Below are positions 10,606 to 23,969 of a stretch of 64,000 nucleotides of DNA, in pieces. The stretch lies in assembly GCA_037447605.1 (NCBI GenBank), contig CM074807.1:3174829-3238828 (forward strand). The letters run 5' to 3'. Each line of letters starts with the position of its first letter. Position 1 is the stretch's first letter. This stretch comes from Zygnema circumcarinatum SAG 698-1b. Its lineage: Eukaryota > Plantae > Zygnematophyceae. The notes beneath the pieces are model-generated. The model saw only the letters and a program-made list of their open reading frames with translations. It was not told the origin of the DNA and ran no database searches. The translations under genes were made by a program, and so were the position numbers.

Positions 10606-11450
10606 TAATGGTCCGATCTGTGCAAGAATGCCACGGACTGTCCGTACGTTTGTTATCATATCTCACCGTACGTCTCGTTGACCGGTGTCAGGGCTCGCGG
10701 GCCGTCACTGTCCGTCGCCGCCCACCAGGCCTTGTCAATCTTCAAGTCTATGACAGAAACAAACCGAAACAAGTATGGGGTTCAGCCCTAAAGAAGACAG
10801 GTTGCAATACTGTTTCTGCAACGCATAATTATTGACAAGCCCTTGGTGGCTGGTCGGTTCTAGGTCGGCACTACCTTCTAAAGGATCCCGGTATGAAGAC
10901 TGCATAATAAGACAACTATCATCCTTGTCCTCTTCGAAATCGACGATGACACAGAATCCGTCACAGCTCTACAGTAACTCATGGTTCCCCAAAAATCTTG
11001 GGAAATGCGACAGCCGTGTGCCACGTTTCGATAACGGATTGGTAGAATTTATTCCGTACAGTAGCATGTCTCACTCAAATCCCGCTCATACCGTACCACA
11101 CGGCAAAACCGTACAGCAAAACCGTACGGTAATACCGAACGAGTACAGTACTGTGCCATGGAGGCCGACTGCCGACGAGTGCCGTACCAAACGGTTCCGC
11201 ACTTCCCGTAGGTTCTCTTTCCGTATGGCACGAAATTGCCTTCCGTAAGATCTCGAGGATTCTGACAGGTCCATTTCCGACATTCGGGAGCGAGCGCGGC
11301 CGCTGTGAGCCACAGCGCGCCTGCGGGAGACAAGAGTCTCCTTCCCTCCCTCCCTCTCCCTCCCTCTCCCTCCCTCTCTCTCCCTCACCCTCTCTCTCTC
11401 TTTCCCTCTCTCTCTCTCTCTGTTCTCTCTCTCTCTCTCCCCTTCGAGTA

Positions 11451-14400
11451 ATGCAGGGAGGAAGCTGCTATTCGCGCTTGCAGGCGGTCTTTTCGGTGAG
11501 AGTGGGAGCCTACTTCGTGGCGTTCTTCTGCCTTGTGCTCTTCTGGCTAACGGTCCTGAATCCGGGGGATCTCCAATGGATCCAGGACGGCAATGGCGGC
11601 CGCCAGCTAGGAGCTCTGGAGGGAGCTGAAAGGCCAGTCATTTCGAGAGGGGATCCGGGTCCCGCCTTTCGGGAGAGGATGGAGGAACAAGGAAAGAAAC
11701 TCAGACTACAAGTGGACCGGTTTTTTAATTCTCTGCCCTACCTTTCCGCAGACCCTCCTCCTCCGTCTCCTCCTCCCCCTTCCCCTCCTCCTCCCTCTCC
11801 TCCTCCCCCTTCCCCTCCTCCTCCCTCTCCGCCTCCCCCTTCCCCTCCTCCTCCCTCTCCTCCTCCCCCTTCCCCTCCTCCTCCCTCTCCTCCTCCCCCT
11901 TCCCCTCCTCCTCCCTCCCCTCCGCCTCCCTCCCCCCCCCCTTCGTCCCCCCCTCCTCCTCCCCCTCCTTTCCCCCCTCCCACTCCGACTCCTTCATGGC
12001 GGACCGGGCGTGGGGAGTGGAGATTCGACCCCACTCAAAAGTACCTTATGTATGAGCGACATGGCCACGATTTCAATGCGGGCGTGAGCCATCGCAAATG
12101 GACCTTCAGTTGCATGGCGGGGGAGGCTATGCTGCTGCGACGCATTTTTGTAGTAGACACGGAGCTTGGAGTTGTTCACACACATAATAATGGTGTGACT
12201 GTCATCCGAAAATACGAGCAGTACTTTAACCTCTATGGTATGCGCAGGTAGGACGCCAATACTGTGCGAAGTTCCGTTTTGTACTTGGAATTTCAAAGAG
12301 CTCAACGTGGATTAGTAGAAATAAGTGAAGGTAGCGCAATTTGGTGGGTTTCCATAGGCGGGTTACTCCCTTTACTTTTGAAGGATGGGACTCCACCTCT
12401 TCTCCCTTAGTCAATGAATTCTTTGAGATATTTTCTTATGCAGGGTCCTTCCTATCATCGAAATGCCGGCATTGTTGTCAGCGTGGAGAGCGTGGAACGA
12501 TAGCCATCCTGGGAATGAAATTCCCGTTCTGAGAGTTCCAATTGAAGATGGACCTCTCGTTGAGGAACTCGCGCAGAGCAACGCAACCATTATTGTGCGC
12601 GAATACAGAAACGATACAGGCTATGGGTTCACGACCTGTAGTAGGAATAGGGTGAGGCAAAAGCAAGAGTTTTCTTTCTCGTGCGAGGCAGGAGACTTTG
12701 AAGGGCTTTTTTGCAGAGTTCTTGAGGGTTTCACTGAAACCGAATAAGTGGTTAGCATCGGAGGGAGGTATTTGCATGCTGCATCTTTTTCAACAACATG
12801 TAGAAGTATGCAGACGTTGTGTCGGAGGAGGAGAGGGGGTATGGGAGGAAAGGGGAGGAGGAATGTGACGAAAGGAGCGAGGGAGGGAGAGAGGGAGGGG
12901 ACGAAGGGTTGGGAGGGCGGGTGCCAGAGAGGAGAGAGAGAGAGACAGGAAAGAGAATAGAGGAAAGAAGCGAAAGCAGTGCGGGACGAGAGAGAGAGGA
13001 GAAAGGAAAGAGGATAGGGAGAGAAACGGAGAGGAAAGATGGATGGGGAGAACAGAGAGAAATAGAGTAGAAGAGAAAGGGGAGGAGAGAGTAGAGGAAG
13101 AGAGAGTGGAGAGAGAGAGAGCAGAGTAACGAGAGAGATAAAGCGAAGGGGAGATAGGAGAGGAGAGGAGCAAGAGGAGGAGAGGGTTTCTCTTCGTTAC
13201 GTCAATAATGTGTTCATATGTATCGTTTTCCCTGCTCTCTTTTTCCTTTCTGCAGCAAATTCAGAGACCGTTTAATGCCTTTGAATTTTCGCCCTCGCTC
13301 GTTGCGTTGGCGTCAGAAATTGTCAAGAATGCATCGAATCCTTTTGTCGCCATGCATGTGAGACGAGGGGACAAGCTCGATCCCTCCCGATGGCCGCATC
13401 TTGACAATGACACGCGAGCTCCCCAGTGAGCCTCTCTCTCATTCCATTCACTCTGCAAAAGCATGTGCTCCCTTACAGTCTGCTTCCAGCACAGGCAAAA
13501 TGCTAGTTCTATGGGGCAGTTATTTGCAGTAAATGAAGCCTCTCCTCCCGCTCCTTCTCTACCCCCCCTCCCCTTTCCCCATTTCCCCCTTTCTCCCTCG
13601 CCCCTACCTCGTCTTTCTCCCCTCCTTTTCCATCTCCCTTCCTTCACAATCCCACGATCCTCCCTTCCTCGTCCCCCTCGCCTTTCTTCCCACTTCCCCA
13701 CCTCCTTCCCTCCTTCTCTTTTCTCTCTTTCCTCCCTTCCTCCCCCATCCCCCCTACCTCCATCCGCTGCCCCACCTTCTCCCTTCTATTCCCCCTTCCA
13801 CTATTCACCCCGTCCTCCTTCCCCAATCTCCCCTCCTCCCTCCCTCCTTCCCCCTCTCCCTTCCCCTTCCCCATTCTCCCTTCCCCACTCCCCCGTCCCT
13901 TTCCCACCTCTCCCTGATCCCTTTCCCTTCCTCTCTCGTCATCCTCCCTCTCCATTCCTCCCCTCCTTTCCTATCTCCCCCCTTTCTCTTTCTCCCCATC
14001 CCCTAACCTCTCCCTACTTCCCCCTTTCCAACTCTCCCTTCCTCCCTCCACATTCTCCCTCCTCCCGCCTTTCCCAGCCTTCCTTTCCCCTTACCCCCTC
14101 CCCCTGCCCTCCTCCTACCTATCCCCTCCCACTTCCTCCTTTCCCCCTCACCTCCCCTTCCTTCGTCCCTCCCCCCCCCACCTCCCCCCTCCCTTCTTCT
14201 CTTCCTCCCTCCTCCCCCTCCCCTCTCCGCCCCCCCTCTCCCTTCCTCATTCCCCCTTCCTCTCTTCCCCGACCCTTCCCTTCCCCATTCCCTTTCCTCC
14301 CTTTCTCCTGACCCCCTCATGGTGACTGTCTCTGTCTCTGTCAATGCTGCAGTTTGTTGGAAGTATTGCGAAAAATGAACATCCCCGAAGGAACCACCGT

Positions 14401-15207
14401 ATATATTGCCTCAAACGAGAAAGAAGAAGGGTTTTTTGCTCCACTTGCTGCTCATTACAAGGTCAGGCAATTGAGCGATTACAAGTACTTATGGTCCGAG
14501 GGAAGTCTTTGGTGGAACCAAACGAAGCAAATCATAGGGAGATGGAATGTTCCTAAATTTGATGGAATTATGGAGGTAAGGAACCATCATGACTTGTAAG
14601 GTTACAATCCGGGAAAGAGATTCCTTGCATGATTTACAGCATGTCAGGCACAAGGGGCTGGTCAGTGATGGCTGAATGAATGAGCAGAAGACCATTTTCC
14701 CTCCTCTCCGTTTCTGAGTGGCCCTTGCTCCCAACCGATTTTCACTAGCAGCTTATACGCCGCGCTTATGGCTTTAGGGTTTTAGGGCCATCTTTTCTGC
14801 TCACATGTAGGGTTGCAAGTCCCTTGATGCTAGCCCCCCTTCAAAGATAAGGTATCCTCGTTTTTGGCGCGTGCCCATCGCCTTTTATGCTTATTGAAGG
14901 ATACTCCCTTTAGCAAATCAAAAAACTCATGCTTGATACTGGAATGGTGCTCCTTTGGAAAGCTGCCAAATGAGAGGAAATGGGGAGTGGGAGGGGGGGA
15001 GGGGGTCTGAGGTCTAAGCTGCCCACGCGCTAACGCTCTATTTCATTCCTGTGAGTGCAGGGGATAGTGGACTATACCGTGATGCAACGCGCAAGCAGAC
15101 TGATAGAAACTTTCAATGACTTGACTTCAGACCCAAAAGACGGCATTTTGTACAAGCGCGCCGGAGTGGCATTGGGCCACACCCCTCCCAGGGCATCACA
15201 GCGTTAG
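11451..15207 (+). CDS. Type II membrane O-fucosyltransferase-like protein (SUB1/At4g08810-At2g04280 family) with (Ser-Pro4)n stem; 5 exons
   Basis: Exons 11451-12247, 12444-12651, 13256-13425, 14353-14575 and 15061-15207 are phase-compatible. N-terminal TM helix; motifs KYLMYERH, FSCMAGEAMLLRRIFVVD, AMHVRRGDK...WPHLDNDT, VYIASNE, FDGIMEGIVDYTV, IETFNDLTSDPKDGI. Confidence 0.88.
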
Positions 15208-16171
15208 GATGCGACGAAAATGGCGAGAGTGTGAAAGTGGGTTCCCCTCTCGGCTTCGCGTGGGTTCGTGGAGAGTGCAAGAGAGAGAATAGAGAGAGCG
15301 AGAGCGAGAGATTGGGAGCGAGAGAGAGAGAGAGAGGTGGGGAGAGAGAGAGAGGCAGAAACCTCGCGATGGGAGAAATCTGCGGCAGCTGTTCTTAACT
15401 TTAAGCCTTTCCTATGCGTAGAATAGTAGCTTATTTGATAGAGAGGAATATTAGGAGACCCTCAAGTAGTTGTACGTGGCAAAGACGAGCAGCTCGAGCC
15501 TTTCAATCAGAACAGAGCTTGAAATTTGTGGTTGGGCGACCTCCCTCTTACTGCTTGCTTCTTCTTCAACACGTGCTTCTCTCGTGTAGCGGACAAGACA
15601 GTTGTCCTGTTGATAATTTTTTGTAAACTGAATTCTGCGTTGTCTAGATTTCGGTCAAATCACCACTGTACTGCATTGTACAGCGGAATGTATTGTCTCG
15701 AAGTCTGGTCGATGAACCACTGCAAACTATACCCAAAAAAGCAAATGAAGCGTGCATAGTAGACCCATGAATGCCCGTAATTGTTCCTATGGCGCGGGTC
15801 ATTTGGACCCCCCAGGTTTCATGGGGACACTACCCTTCGCCTTCTTCTTTTTCTGGGTTGCAGGCACATACCAATCACTTCAACATCCCTCCAACCGTGG
15901 TTTCCAAGCCATATAATTCAAGCTCCTTTCTTTCATTGCAAACAAAGTACAACAAGGCCCTGAACCCCTGAAGACCTAAAACCGCTCCAAACTGAATGTG
16001 GCTACCCCTAACCCTACATGCCCCCCTCCTCTCCCCCCCCCCCCCCCCCCCCCCTTGCCCCATATGCCTTCCTCCCCATTTCCCAACCTACCAAACCACT
16101 AGCAAAACCTTCTCTCCTACACCTGATAAAAAAAATAATGACTCTACATACATCCCAGCTCATTGACTTAG

Positions 16172-18270
16172 TCATCTCCTCCGCGTTGAAGATGATGATG
16201 ATGATAGAACGCTTCTGCTAATGGCTCCCGCACCGCTCTCCTTCAACACTTTGGCTCTCCCAAGCATACGGTCAATGGCAATGTCGAATGCATCTTTGTA
16301 TGTCGTAGCCCTTGCTCGGGGGTTGCTATATACCAAGCCTGGCAGTACATTGAATACAATGTACTCCTTCATAGCCTTCTTCTGCAATCACAACATGTTC
16401 AACAATCCAACATGAAGAAACATATAAAATGTCAATGCTCTCCCTTCTCTCTCACCCTTGGCCCCACCCGAAGGAGATCCTAGATCAACGAGGGCAGACA
16501 GTGGGGAACATGGAAACAGGTTACCCCACCCCCCTCTCTCCACCCCCCCTAAAGATGACCATACTACACTGAAAGATGAGTAAAGCGCAAAGATTGTTTA
16601 AAGAAACAAGAGAGCATAAAAGCAGCCTACCCCACCCTCCATCTCTTCCCTCCCCCCCCCCCCCCCACCCCCCCTCCCAAACACGACCCTAGAACATTGA
16701 AAAAGGGCAAGCTGCTCAGAGGGAGAGGAGGGTGTAAAGGCAGTCTACCGCACCTGGCCAGTGGTATACGTCTTGAGCAGATCCACCACATTGATTTCTC
16801 CCCGCTGAACCTTCTCCCTCGGAACGTAAATGGAGTAGCTGGTGTTGTCGGAAGGAAGGTGCCAAGGGAACTGCCGAACGCCAAACCCCATATAGAACGC
16901 CCGTTCAGTTATGGTTTTAGTTACAGTTACAACTCTTTCCCGCACAAGTGCGAAAACAACAAAGGAGAAAGATTTAGATAAGAGAACTGATTCTCTCTCT
17001 AACACACACACGCGGAGATGAAGCCTCCGAGGCAGGGAATTCTGTTCACTTGTTCCTTTACATTTTTCGTCTCTGCGAAGGTTCATTCTTTACTTTTCCA
17101 TTTACATTCTTCTTACCTGTGAAGCCGTGCTGAAGTCATCGAACAAGACGGGGATGCAACCTGCAATCATTGCTTCAAACACAGCTCGGCGAACTGCGCT
17201 TTCACCAGGAGGCATCAAGCAGAAGGTGGAAGATATGAAGAGGCCCATAATGGAGGCAGGACGGCTGCATATATCTTCAATGCACTCCATATATCTGCCG
17301 CCAAAGGGAGAGAGAGAGAAGGGGAGAGTGAGGGGGACACTTGAAGCAATCCTTGATCTCATCCCGATCCATTTCCCTAAGTTGGCTACATAAAATTCGA
17401 CATTTTTATGCTTTTTTCATATATTTTACCTGCAATGGAAGGGCTGCTCCTTGCACTGTGCGCTGAGCGATTCCTTCAGTCGAGCTGCAGCTTCCGGGAA
17501 AGCCGCAAAACTCACCAAGGAATCACGTTTGTGGCTGAAGACACGCTTTTGCCATGACTGCAGACCATCCCTCATCCCCATCTTCCGGCTTCAAATTGAG
17601 GGGGAGAGAGAGGGAGAGGGAGAGGGAGTGGGAGAGGGGGAGGGGAAGTAGCTCAACTAACTTCTGAAGCTAGTTCTGGAAATTTCTCATGCGCTTTATC
17701 GCCTCAATTTTTTAACAACTGTGAGTCTTTGCCGGTTAGGGTTGTGCGGCCTACATGCATATCCTTGTCGGTTTTGGGATGGAAGTGAGTGGGATGAGGA
17801 ACTCCGATATCATAACCATCCCACATGTTCCGCTCCAACAACAGTTTTGACATCTGCAAAACGATGATGGCACCCGCTGTGTGATTATTTGCGAAGTTAT
17901 GGAAACAACAACAGCGACCCATACTACTCCCTCCCCTCCCATCGTTTGATTATCTAACTATAGCTTCTCCCTCACACATTCTAGCACCAAAAAAAGTTAT
18001 ACACACATGTGTTATTTACATTTATATACACTAATTATTTTTGCCTTATATAGTACCTTGGCAAGCTCAGGCAGTTCAAGCAGGATGTTCCCCCAATCCC
18101 CGTCCGGTTTTCGGCGAAAATCCCACGTGGGTTTTCCCACTACCATCACATGGTCCGCACCTCCGTTCCTCTGCACTCCCCTCCCCCACAGCCCTCTATC
18201 ACTGCTCTGATACGGAGGGCGAGAGAACGAGAGCAAGAGAGTGGGGAGGGACAGAGACAGAGACAAACAC

Positions 18271-18335
<65 letters not shown>

Positions 18336-21300
18336 GGAGGTGGGGTGGGGGAAAGAGAGCATACCAAAAAATACGTTTGGTTGCTGAGCCAGCGCGTTAA
18401 GCGAATAGAGAGTCGATCTCGTTGCTTGTTCGTGGCCTCTTTTGCAAAGTGCCACCTCACAACATCAAGAGCAGCATAGAACGGGACATAAAAGAGGACT
18501 GCTTTCTCGGGATCGCTTGTGAGACACTCATAGGACCTCTTCAGACGGGAGTGGAAAAGGAGCTCTAATGAATACTGCAAAAGAGAAAATCACGGAAGAA
18601 AAGCATTAAGAAGTGGACTAGTTCCGAGCATCGGCTAGATTCTTTCAAACCCACATAACACATAAAGGGCCTTTGGGCTTGTCACATACCCTGAAAAACA
18701 TGAGAAAGAAAGTAACCCCTCTCTAGGTGATCTAAAGCTCTAAAAAAATCATAAGCAGCATTCAACGAAACTGTTAATAAAGTTATTATTAGCTTCCCTT
18801 TTCAGACGTTAGCGAGTATGAGAGGTTCGGCAATAGGAAATGGACAAAAGATTATTATTCAAGGAATAATAATAGCAAATACAACTAAAAATTAGAGGAG
18901 CTTCCGAAATCTTGGAGGCAGGTCCATTCCAAATAAGTAACAACTTTACGTACGCTGCTTTTAGTGAGATTCCTTACGGAAGATTTCGACTTTGTTCCAT
19001 ATTAGGAAAGAATAAGAATAAAAATAGAATAAGCTTGATATGAGTCCCTCCAATGCAGGGCAGCTGACCTGATGTGTTTCAAACCAACGATTGTTCGGAA
19101 GGAGTACATCGCTGTCCGCTACCACCAGCCCCATCCCTTGATTCTGCACAAAAAAAAAAGGATCAACTACGTCAAATAACTCCTCATACATAGTGCAAAA
19201 AAATCTAACGTATCTCTCAAGGAATAAAATACTTTCTCTCCAAGGAATCAAATAATTTTTTAGGCGATTTTCCATATAGCCTTTTTTAATATGTACGCAT
19301 GTAACCTGGTCCTTCCACAACTCCTAAGTTATTTCCACATGGTTGACTAAAGTCTGCGATCCTTTCTAAATCCTTTTTCTGACGCAAGCATGTTTCTGGT
19401 GTACAAATTGCACCGCAGGGAGCTTGGACACAGAGAGCACCTTTTTCCCGGAAATTTCCAAAAATGCGTGACCAAGATTACCATGTGCAAGTGTATGTTC
19501 GTGGTAAGTGAAAGGCCATTGAGAAATAACCAACCGAATAATTGCATGGCTTTATCAAAGGACCCTTGTTACTTCAATAAACACATTCTTCTGATGAATT
19601 GAACTAACCCTAACCCGTACTGCGCTATGATGATACATGCACACCATAAAGCCATGAAGAACCTGTAGGATTCTTCAAATGCAGACTAAAGGGTCCTTAC
19701 CGTGAAATAGGGGCACATATCATACCAAGGCAGCAAAGAGCTGCACTTGTCCAACAGTAGCCTGTTGAACATTTGGGGGAGCCGATAGAGATACACCCAT
19801 CTGCCTTCACAGGCTGCTGCCGTCCCTCTCTCTACCGCAGCTTCTCCCGCATCGTCACCCTCTCCCTCAGTGATTGCTGATGCTTTAGGCTGAACCCTCT
19901 TCGCTTCCGGTTCTACCACTGCATCATTGTCCACATCTTCCCTTTTCACATCGCTTGCCTTAATTTCTGCAATTTCTGCACGGGCATCTTTTCCTTCCTC
20001 CTCTTCATTATCTCCAGTCTGAGCAGCAGCCGCCTTATTCGAAGTTGCATTATCTTCGCCCTCTTCTTCCTCTTCTCCACTCTCACCCCTCTGCCTCGTC
20101 TGCATACCCGCTTCATTGGAGGCACCAGCTTCTATAGTTTCCGAGTGTTGGACTTTAAGAACTTCATTTCCTTTGACAGTGCTTTCTACCTCTTTCGCCT
20201 TCTCTGCCTCTTTCTGTGCTGCCGCTGTTGCTTCCTCAGTGCCATCTTCCTCCTCCTCCTCTGCCTCTTCATCATCATCTGTGCCCTTAGCCTTAACCGC
20301 ACCCCCCACTACCGCAGCAGCCCCAGCATTGCGTGCATTACTATTGGTAGTTTGCTCTACACTTTTCACCTCTCCCTCACGCTTTTCCTCGAATTCTCCT
20401 TCTGCTGCCCGTCCGTCTCTCCCACTTACCTCATGACTAGAGATCTTGGGAATGTCCTCCTCTTCCTCCTCGCTTCCCTTCTCCTTCCCACCCGATCCAG
20501 GATGATCCTCCTCGATGTCTCTCATAAGAGAATCTTTCTTTCGATCTATATCTCCATCATCCTCAACATCCTCATGTCTTGATTGTGAAGCAGTCCCATC
20601 CACATCCTTCCCTTCTCCATTAAATACTTTTGCATTTTCTTCATGATCACTAGCTTTTCCATCCTCACCATTGGAGTCTGCAGCTCCGTCTCCTCTGTCA
20701 GCAGCCTCCTCAGCATCCTCCTTCTCCCCCTCATTCCCTGCAGCTTCTCCTCCCTTCTCCACAGCCTTACCCATCTTACTATCAAACTCCTTCTCCTCCT
20801 CTTCATTAGTCTCTGCCCCTCCAGAGTTTTTAGGGCCCTCATCATCTTCCTCTCCCTTTCCTCCCTCATCATCTCCTCCTTGGGACTGCTCACCTACTCC
20901 CTTACCTGAGGCTCCCTCCGCCGCCTCTAACTCCTTTCCTCCATTCACACCTCTCCTTTCACTGTCAACATCTTCTGCTCTCACTTTAGACTCAGCGGCT
21001 TCCTCGTCTTTCTCTGCTTCACTATCTGCAGAATGCTCCAACTGCATACCAAAAGGGAGAGTCAGCTGAAGCATGGTTCAGACTACATTTCAGAGAACTT
21101 TTAGGTCATATACATAACTCTTCAGTTTGCAACAATGAAGAGGAGAAGGATGACTTTACCAGAGGCGCAAAGACATACTATAATAAAGAAAAAATAAACA
21201 TTTGGACTCATCTCCAGTCCTTTGCTTAACCCAGAAGTCTGCTGTGCATATTCCACGTAAAAAAAGGACGTGGACGAATATACGCTCACATACGCGCTTC

Positions 21301-21665
21301 CAAAGAGAACTGAATTCTACTTTCAATTACTCGGCTTGCATTAAAACGAGCAGACCCGCTGATGTTTAGAATAATGGAAATACCTTCCCGTCTCCATTCG
21401 CTTCTTCCAAGGCTTTCTTTCTCTGCGAGTCAGCTGCCTCATCTTCTGCATTCATCAACATTTCCAGACGTTGGGTTGGGTTGGGTTAGAGAAGATATAA
21501 GGAAAAGTTCATTAGGCTACACCTTCTTAAAGCCGTGATTTCCTCCGATTACCCAAGCTTTATGAGAGAAGCATAGTATCTGTACAGAGCTGCGTAGCAA
21601 AATCGAGGGGGGTGGGAGCGGGAAAAGGGGGGACATGGGGGGAAGGCGCAGAGACAGAGAGAGAC

Positions 21666-21705
<40 letters not shown>

Positions 21706-23381
21706 CTTACCTCCGTTGGTAACGACATTCGACGATTGCTCGCTAGGATCCCCTGCCTGCTCAATATTCAAGTAGTTTGTGAGCTCCAACTTAAAGATCC
21801 CTCCCTAACCTCTTCCCTTCCTTAAAAACACATAACTTATGATTTAAACAACTTCACATATCTCGAAAACCACGCAAAAGCATGAAGAAATCCTGAAAAG
21901 GTCGCATTCTGAAACCGACTTCACCTCTTTCGAAACAAAACTGCTTACTTCTGGATTTGGTGTTGAGGGTGTTTCATAAGGTGGAGCATCTGCATCTGCA
22001 TACGAGGAAAGCAGAGAAGGTCCATTAATCCACTGCGATTTTCACAATAGAGCAAGAATGTTACGAGGTCTTTTTCAGATTCCGAATTGTATAAGTTCCA
22101 TTGGCCCCTGCACTTGGAAAGCGAACTCACTCGCTGGAATTTTGGTAGTGTCAGTCGACATGTGAGAGTCTGCATCTGTCTGCGAAAGAGAAGCGAGACG
22201 AGGTCAAGAGGAGTAAGGAGAAAAAAAGATACAAAAGTAAATAACAGAATGGCAGAATGTAAGCCTTCATTTTCATAAAGTTAAACATTAACAAAGTTCA
22301 CCTCAGCAGGATAGCCCATTTGCGGGCAAATATAGGATCAAAAAAGGCAGAATTTTGAAGCCATTAACTGAAATAATATATTTGAGGAGGAAGATTACCT
22401 CGTATATTTAACAAGTTCTCGATGCAAGAAACACCTTGAAAGAAAAAAAAAGGAAATAAATGAAATAGAGAACAGCTCACCTGTCCTGGCAAGCGACCTG
22501 GTTCTTCATCTTCTGGAACTGCAAAAAATATTCCCAGAATAATACCAAATCGCTTAATATGACATCATCCTTCATGCACCCAAAAAAATCGGTTCAATGT
22601 ACTGGCTCTGGGAATGCAATATAATTTCTATAGAAGTCAATACAATTTAAACTCGACTTTGAGTAAGATTCAATACGAAAAATACGTAATCAAGTCATAA
22701 AAAGTACGGAAGTTCGAACGGTCTTGTTGGTGGGCATCGGAAAAGCGCCAGAGTTTCATACTCATGCGTCTTCAAAGTGCATGAATCATGAGAACGAGAG
22801 GTAAAAAAAAGGTCTCTAAAAGAGCAGTGTACTCCAAAGGCTCAGAGAGATTGCATTTCCAACAGCGAAGACAGTGCCTTCACATTGCAGCCATTATCCA
22901 AAGCACAACACAAGCCGAACCCTAAAACGCGGGTCCTGCTATCTCCTCATCAAGACCCTCCGCTGAAGCATCTGCATTCAGCTCCACTTTCGCCTCCATT
23001 CAAAAGAAAACCTTGAGGACTAGTCATTCATTAGCCGTCACTCTTGCGGCGACAGCTTTCGAGAGATCAGTGGTAGAAGAGAGAGAGAGAGGGAGGGAGG
23101 GAGGGAGAGAGGGAGGGGGAGGGAGAGGGCGGGCGAGAGGGAGAGAGAGAGGGAGAGAGAGAGAGGAGCAATTTACTTGTGGCAGTGTAGGCTCCCATCT
23201 CCAAAAGGCACCAAATAACAAACATGATGGAGGCTGCCACCAGCACCATGCGCAGATACATGCGCCGCTTCAGTTCCGTGGCAGAGCGCGGAGCGAAGAA
23301 GGAGCTGTAGCGCGTGCTCTTGGCCTGACTGTCGGGGTCGCGGGCCACTGCAGAGCTCCGCTCCGAGAAACGGCGATCCAT
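16172..23381 (-). CDS. Exostosin/GT47 clade A glycosyltransferase (MUR3/KATAMARI1/XLT2-like) with very long acidic stem; ~15 exons
   Basis: TM in exon 1 (ATG 23381). Catalytic motifs CEGRWVYLYRLPQMFN, NQGMG..WFETHQYSLELLFHSRLK, FYVPFYAALD, GGADHVMVVGKPTWDFRR, GVPHPTHFHP, STFCLMPPGESAVRRAVFEAMIAGCIPVLF, WHLP, YKDAFDIAI. Confidence 0.9.
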
Positions 23382-23969
23382 GGCGGCCTGGTTGCAGATT
23401 TAGGGTTTGGAGTGGGGAGAAGGAAGGGGGAGAGGAAGAGGAAGAAGGCGAGGGAGGGGGGATGGGAAGAGGGAGGCGAGGAGAGGAGAGGAGAGAGGTG
23501 GGGGAGGGGTAGGGAGGGGAGGGCGTAAGTATCTGAGATCGGCGAGGGAGAGAGTAGAGAGAGAAGCAGCAGGGAGGCGAGATGGGGAGAGCGAGAAAGA
23601 GAGAGAGGGAGAGAGTGAGTGGGTAGCTCAGATCGGTGAGGGGAGAGGGAAGCAGCAGGGGGTGGGAGAGGGAGAGGGAGAGAGAGAGAGACAGAGAGAG
23701 AGAGAGAGAAGAGAGAAAAAGAGAGAGAAAGAGAGAGGGGAGGAGAGAGAAGGGAGGGGGTGCGCAGTAGCTCTCAGATCGGCGGCTCTCCTCTCAGGGA
23801 AGCCATGGATTTCCTTCCCCTTGAAGGGCCTTTACGGCAAGCATCGGCCAATGGTGAACTGCCACGTGACAAAACTTGTACACGTGGCGAGCCAACATTG
23901 GCTATTACTTTTTCCCTTCGGAGAAAGTCCGAAGGTGTCTGCGCTGCTGGACTCGACTCACTGGAGAAA

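Noticed and set aside
10064-10835. ORFs of 100-200 aa over the 39-bp repeat
   Set aside because: The in-frame repeat period opens frames on both strands, and no protein family is recognisable.
13463-14311. 282-aa Pro/Ser-rich ORF
   Set aside because: It is a CT-rich tract within intron 3 of the SUB1-like gene.
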